Source: a virus
Reading direction: 5' to 3' (one strand)
DNA: 64,000 nt
Virus record (IMG/VR): IMGVR_UViG_3300045999_011383
The notes beneath the pieces are model-generated. The model saw nothing but the letters and a program-made list of their open reading frames with translations. It ran no database searches and had not been told where the DNA came from. Every line of letters starts with the position of its first letter. Positions within the stretch are counted from its first letter, which is position 1. Positions 61,177-64,000 of this stretch are shown piece by piece. Position numbers and translations under genes: made by a program.

Positions 61177-61324
61177 CTTTAAACCTAATTTTGAAGAATT
61201 GCCACCTTTAGAGGAGCTAATAGAAACACTCAAGATTAATGAGAGCGTAGTTCAGGAAGTAATTACAGAGTTTGTTCAGAACCCCCCGATTCCTGAATTA
61301 GCAAATCTACCCTTAGCGGAATAA
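61169..61324 (+). CDS. possible 51-aa protein
   Basis: A GTG overlaps the previous stop. Hand-translated VTNFKPNFEELPPLEELIETLKINESVVQEVITEFVQNPPIPELANLPLAE. Confidence 0.3.
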   Translation: MTNFKPNFEELPPLEELIETLKINESVVQEVITEFVQNPPIPELANLPLAE

Positions 61325-61330
61325 ACACAG

Positions 61331-61352
61331 AAGCGGGATTTACCCGCTTTTT
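61331..61352. terminator. bidirectional terminator between convergent genes
   Basis: AAGCGGG-5 nt-CCCGCTT stem followed by TTTTT. Confidence 0.7.
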
Positions 61353-61353
61353 A

Positions 61354-64000
61354 TTACCGCTTATAAGGATTACCTCTACTGATAGAACCACCGGGTCTTA
61401 ATTCCCTGCGAATACCATCGCTCACAAGTGCCTGTACAGTCTGTGACAACCTGTTAGAATCAACCTCTGAATCATTGCCACTTACGGATACACTGACAGG
61501 GACATTAACGGTAGTAGTATTGCCAATCCTTGAGGCCATCTCACCTTTACCACCACCGACTATACCACCATCAGCAAAACCAGTAATACCAGATTGCAAT
61601 CTATTCCAAACAGCCGTTTCCCTGTGATTAAGAATACGCTCACCTTCAGAAGCTACTATCAAGTGGGGTGTCTTACCAGTGAGAGAGCGTTCTTTGTTCA
61701 TTGCTCCCACAATCCCCCCGTTAGCAAAATTCTGGATTTTACCCAGGGTATCTTTATCAATCATGCCACCCTTAGCAAATCCTGATAGAGTGGCTGTACC
61801 AAAATCACTGGCCACAAAAGTAGAAGGATCTACAAAATCCATGCCAGTGGGAACAAAAGAGTTAATACCTCCTAAGTTCATTAGCCCAAAAGACATATCA
61901 CCTCCCATGCCGGCAAAATCAGAAATATCAGACGTATTCCCCTTGTCCTTACCTTCCCCGCCTTCCTTCTGTCTAGCGGTGTTTGCTGCATCTTGAAGTG
62001 CGTAGGCAGCTTTTTCTAATTCGTGAGCAGATTTAGACAATAGTTGAACAGACACGGCTGCTTGTTGTAGTTGCAATGCTGCTGCGCTTAACCCCTGGGT
62101 TGGTGGTTGTATCCAACTAAAGAGCGCATTAGTCATGTACTTGGATGCAATTTCAGCTAAACTATCAAGGATACTATTAGCTATTCCTTTCCAAAGCTTA
62201 TCCAGTGAATCAGCCCAACTATCTCCTTCTTTGTTCCAAATAAATTCTTTAAAGGCACTCTTAAAGCCACCTGTGAAAGACTTGAGAACTTGGCTAAACT
62301 CTGAATATTGAATCTTAATAGCTTCTGATTTTAATGCCATTTCCGCATCTAAATTTTCTCTAAGCGCGATCGCATTTTCATTGCTGATTTTCATATTTTC
62401 AACATCTTGTTCTAGTTGCATCTTCTTCTGTGCGTACTCATGGCTTAAATTAATTTGGGCTATCTGCTTATCAATTCTTTCCCCAGCCAGGTCAAGTCCT
62501 AGTGCCTTAGCAATATTACCTTTACTCTCTAATACAGTTTTAGCGGAATCAGATACTTTGATCCTAGTATCTAATTCTGTTTTTTGATTTTGTAGTTCAC
62601 CCTTGCGAGTATCGCGCTCAGATTGTTTTCTAATTGCACCTAACTCAAGTCCACTGTTTACTTTGAGAGCATCTATGCGTTGTTGCCTTTGTTCTGCGGT
62701 GAGTTTAGTATTGTTTTGGGTGTCAAGGATTTCTCTATTAAGTCTGTTTAATGCACTTTCCTGTTCCAGGGTAGCCCGCTTAGAAATATTAGCAACATCT
62801 ACCATGCCATCTGCGGCTGTGGCTGCAAACATCTTTGCCTGTAAATCTAAGTTTTTAATACCAACATCCTCAATCAAGATTTTGACATCTAAAGCATTTA
62901 TTTCTCGTTCAATTTGTTTGGCTAAATTGTCAGTATTGTACTGCATATCAACTTTTTCCATCCCTAATTTATAGGTTGTTTCAATCGCCTTTCTTCTGCG
63001 CTCAAAGTCCTCTTTAGTCATTGATCCCCGCTTAGTTCTCTGTTGCTCTAGTAATTCATTCTCAGATTTTAGTTTTTGATTTTGTAAACTAGCGATCGCT
63101 ACTACCCGCTCCATTGATGGTATCTGCAATATATCTTTATTTAATGGGAACGATTTTTCTTTTTGTTTAAGCAACTCTAATTGACTTTGCAGTACGCCTA
63201 TATCAATACCAAGATTGTCAGACATACGAGTGTTTTGTGATATTTTTTGCCTAAAAATAAAATCATCTTTAAGCCGTTGTAGGATCATAGGCTTGTTTTT
63301 TATCAGGGCATTTAATTGGTTTTGGGCTGACTGGGCTTCTTTGGTATTGGAACTTTGCAAAGCACTATAGAGTTTTTGCAGTTCTTTCCCGTCCGTTTTT
63401 ATGCCAAGTGATTGAAGTCGCTTAACCAAAGTGTTAATTTCTTCTCCAGACAGATTGGGCATTCGAGATGCGCGAACAATCTTTCTGAGACTATTACTTT
63501 CTTCATCTATCCTGAGTGATTCCTCTGCGTATGCTAAATCAAATTTTTTCTGTTCAGTAGCAGCAGGGTCACTATCAAGAAGTATCTTCCTAGTAGTTAG
63601 TTCACGTCGTCGTCTACGTAGGTCTGTATCATCTTTTTTGTTTTCAGTCTCTATTCTTAATTTTCTCAGATCCGTTAGTGCTTTGATTATGGCAGCCCTC
63701 TCCTGTTCCTTTGAGAGTCTAATTTGTTCCTTTGTTAACTGTGTCTTTGTCTGTGCATTAGCAGTGGGTGCTTGAGGGATAAGTTGTTGTTGTGTTTTGG
63801 AATCAAGTTTTTCCCCTCTTATCTGTTTTTCTGTTAGTTTTCTAGCAGTGTCTTGAGGGGTTTCTGTTGGTTTTTCTTCTCTCTTTCGTGCTTCTTCTCT
63901 CTTTCGTGCTTCTTCTCTCTTTCGTGCTTCTTCTCTCTTTCGTGCTTCTTCTCTCTTTCGTGCTTCTTCTCTCTTTCGTGCTTCTTCTCTCTTTCGTGCT
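61354..64000 (-). CDS. tail tape measure protein, 5' end outside the window
   Basis: I translated 63463..64000 by hand in the frame of the 702-aa ORF and found no stop and no Met, so the gene is at least 882 codons. It has long coiled-coil content, a Gly-rich C-terminal part, and sits before the tail-tip genes. Confidence 0.7.
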   Translation of the reverse strand, partial: ARKREEARKREEARKREEARKREEARKREEARKREEARKREEKPTETPQDTARKLTEKQIRGEKLDSKTQQQLIPQAPTANAQTKTQLTKEQIRLSKEQERAAIIKALTDLRKLRIETENKKDDTDLRRRRRELTTRKILLDSDPAATEQKKFDLAYAEESLRIDEESNSLRKIVRASRMPNLSGEEINTLVKRLQSLGIKTDGKELQKLYSALQSSNTKEAQSAQNQLNALIKNKPMILQRLKDDFIFRQKISQNTRMSDNLGIDIGVLQSQLELLKQKEKSFPLNKDILQIPSMERVVAIASLQNQKLKSENELLEQQRTKRGSMTKEDFERRRKAIETTYKLGMEKVDMQYNTDNLAKQIEREINALDVKILIEDVGIKNLDLQAKMFAATAADGMVDVANISKRATLEQESALNRLNREILDTQNNTKLTAEQRQQRIDALKVNSGLELGAIRKQSERDTRKGELQNQKTELDTRIKVSDSAKTVLESKGNIAKALGLDLAGERIDKQIAQINLSHEYAQKKMQLEQDVENMKISNENAIALRENLDAEMALKSEAIKIQYSEFSQVLKSFTGGFKSAFKEFIWNKEGDSWADSLDKLWKGIANSILDSLAEIASKYMTNALFSWIQPPTQGLSAAALQLQQAAVSVQLLSKSAHELEKAAYALQDAANTARQKEGGEGKDKGNTSDISDFAGMGGDMSFGLMNLGGINSFVPTGMDFVDPSTFVASDFGTATLSGFAKGGMIDKDTLGKIQNFANGGIVGAMNKERSLTGKTPHLIVASEGERILNHRETAVWNRLQSGITGFADGGIVGGGKGEMASRIGNTTTVNVPVSVSVSGNDSEVDSNRLSQTVQALVSDGIRRELRPGGSISRGNPYKR
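63873..64000 (-). repeat. perfect 18-bp tandem repeat, at least 7 copies, encoding (ARKREE)n in the tape measure gene
   Basis: CTTCTTCTCTCTTTCGTG units start at 63873 (1 mismatch), 63891, 63909, 63927, 63945, 63963 and 63981, and continue to the window edge. Confidence 0.9.

Noticed and set aside
61594-63775. Several plus-strand ORFs (61594..61785, 61679..61996, 62381..62587, 62603..62974, 63431..63775) antisense to the tape measure gene. The same pattern occurs inside J, K, I, the fibre genes, dnaN, AAA+ and the methyltransferases.
   Set aside because: They are low-complexity Ser/Leu/Phe-rich antisense readings within long, well-supported genes, which is typical shadow-ORF behaviour.
1-64000. 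Reverse transcriptase-based systems (retron, DGR) that might explain the duplicated fibre segments.
   Set aside because: No YxDD-type reverse transcriptase ORF and no template/variable repeat pair with adenine-specific differences was seen.

Overview
The window looks like most of a cyanobacterial siphovirus-like temperate phage, or a phage-plasmid. By eye it is AT-rich, and I counted about 39 copies of the cyanobacterial HIP1 octamer GCGATCGC. Layout from left to right:
- 0.3-9.3 kb: small regulators and unknown genes, plus a membrane-protein and P-loop ATPase cluster.
- 10.4-14.2 kb: bacterial-type dnaN, a ThyA-family enzyme with a long N-terminal extension, and a classic-clade AAA+ ATPase.
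- 14407-15543: a CRISPR array of 16 repeats. It lies next to a 624-aa TnpB/Cas12-type RuvC nuclease gene (15887-17761), which is flanked by two long, ORF-free, hairpin-rich regions.
- 19853-23666: a five-gene class 1 RAMP operon resembling type IV-B CRISPR-Cas (Cas7/Csf2-like, Cas5/Csf3-like, a PP-loop CysH/PAPS-reductase-like protein and a Zn-ribbon Csf1-like protein).
- 23.9-35.7 kb: an accessory block with three DNA methyltransferases, a DGQHR/ParB-like protein, a KilA-N protein and repeat-bounded cassettes.
- 38-39.3 kb: an XRE/RHH genetic switch.
- 41.2-43.9 kb: an iteron replicon (initiator with in-gene iterons, then dnaB).
- 46.7-48.5 kb: small-gene cassettes bounded by HIP1-containing repeats.
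- 49.5-64 kb: a lambda-like tail module (M, L, K, I, J and tape measure homologues) interrupted by a plus-strand portal/MuF-like gene.

I recognised no cas1, cas2, cas4, cas6, integrase, terminase or major capsid gene in the window.

The most interesting points:
- A phage-borne array sits alongside two different candidate effector modules.
- Beta-clamp-binding pentapeptides (QLSLF, QLALF, QVALF) sit at the extreme termini of the Csf1-like protein, two methyltransferases and a Gp37/68-family protein, on a replicon that encodes its own dnaN.

All functional calls come from motifs I read in the supplied translations. No database search was possible, so family assignments are hypotheses.
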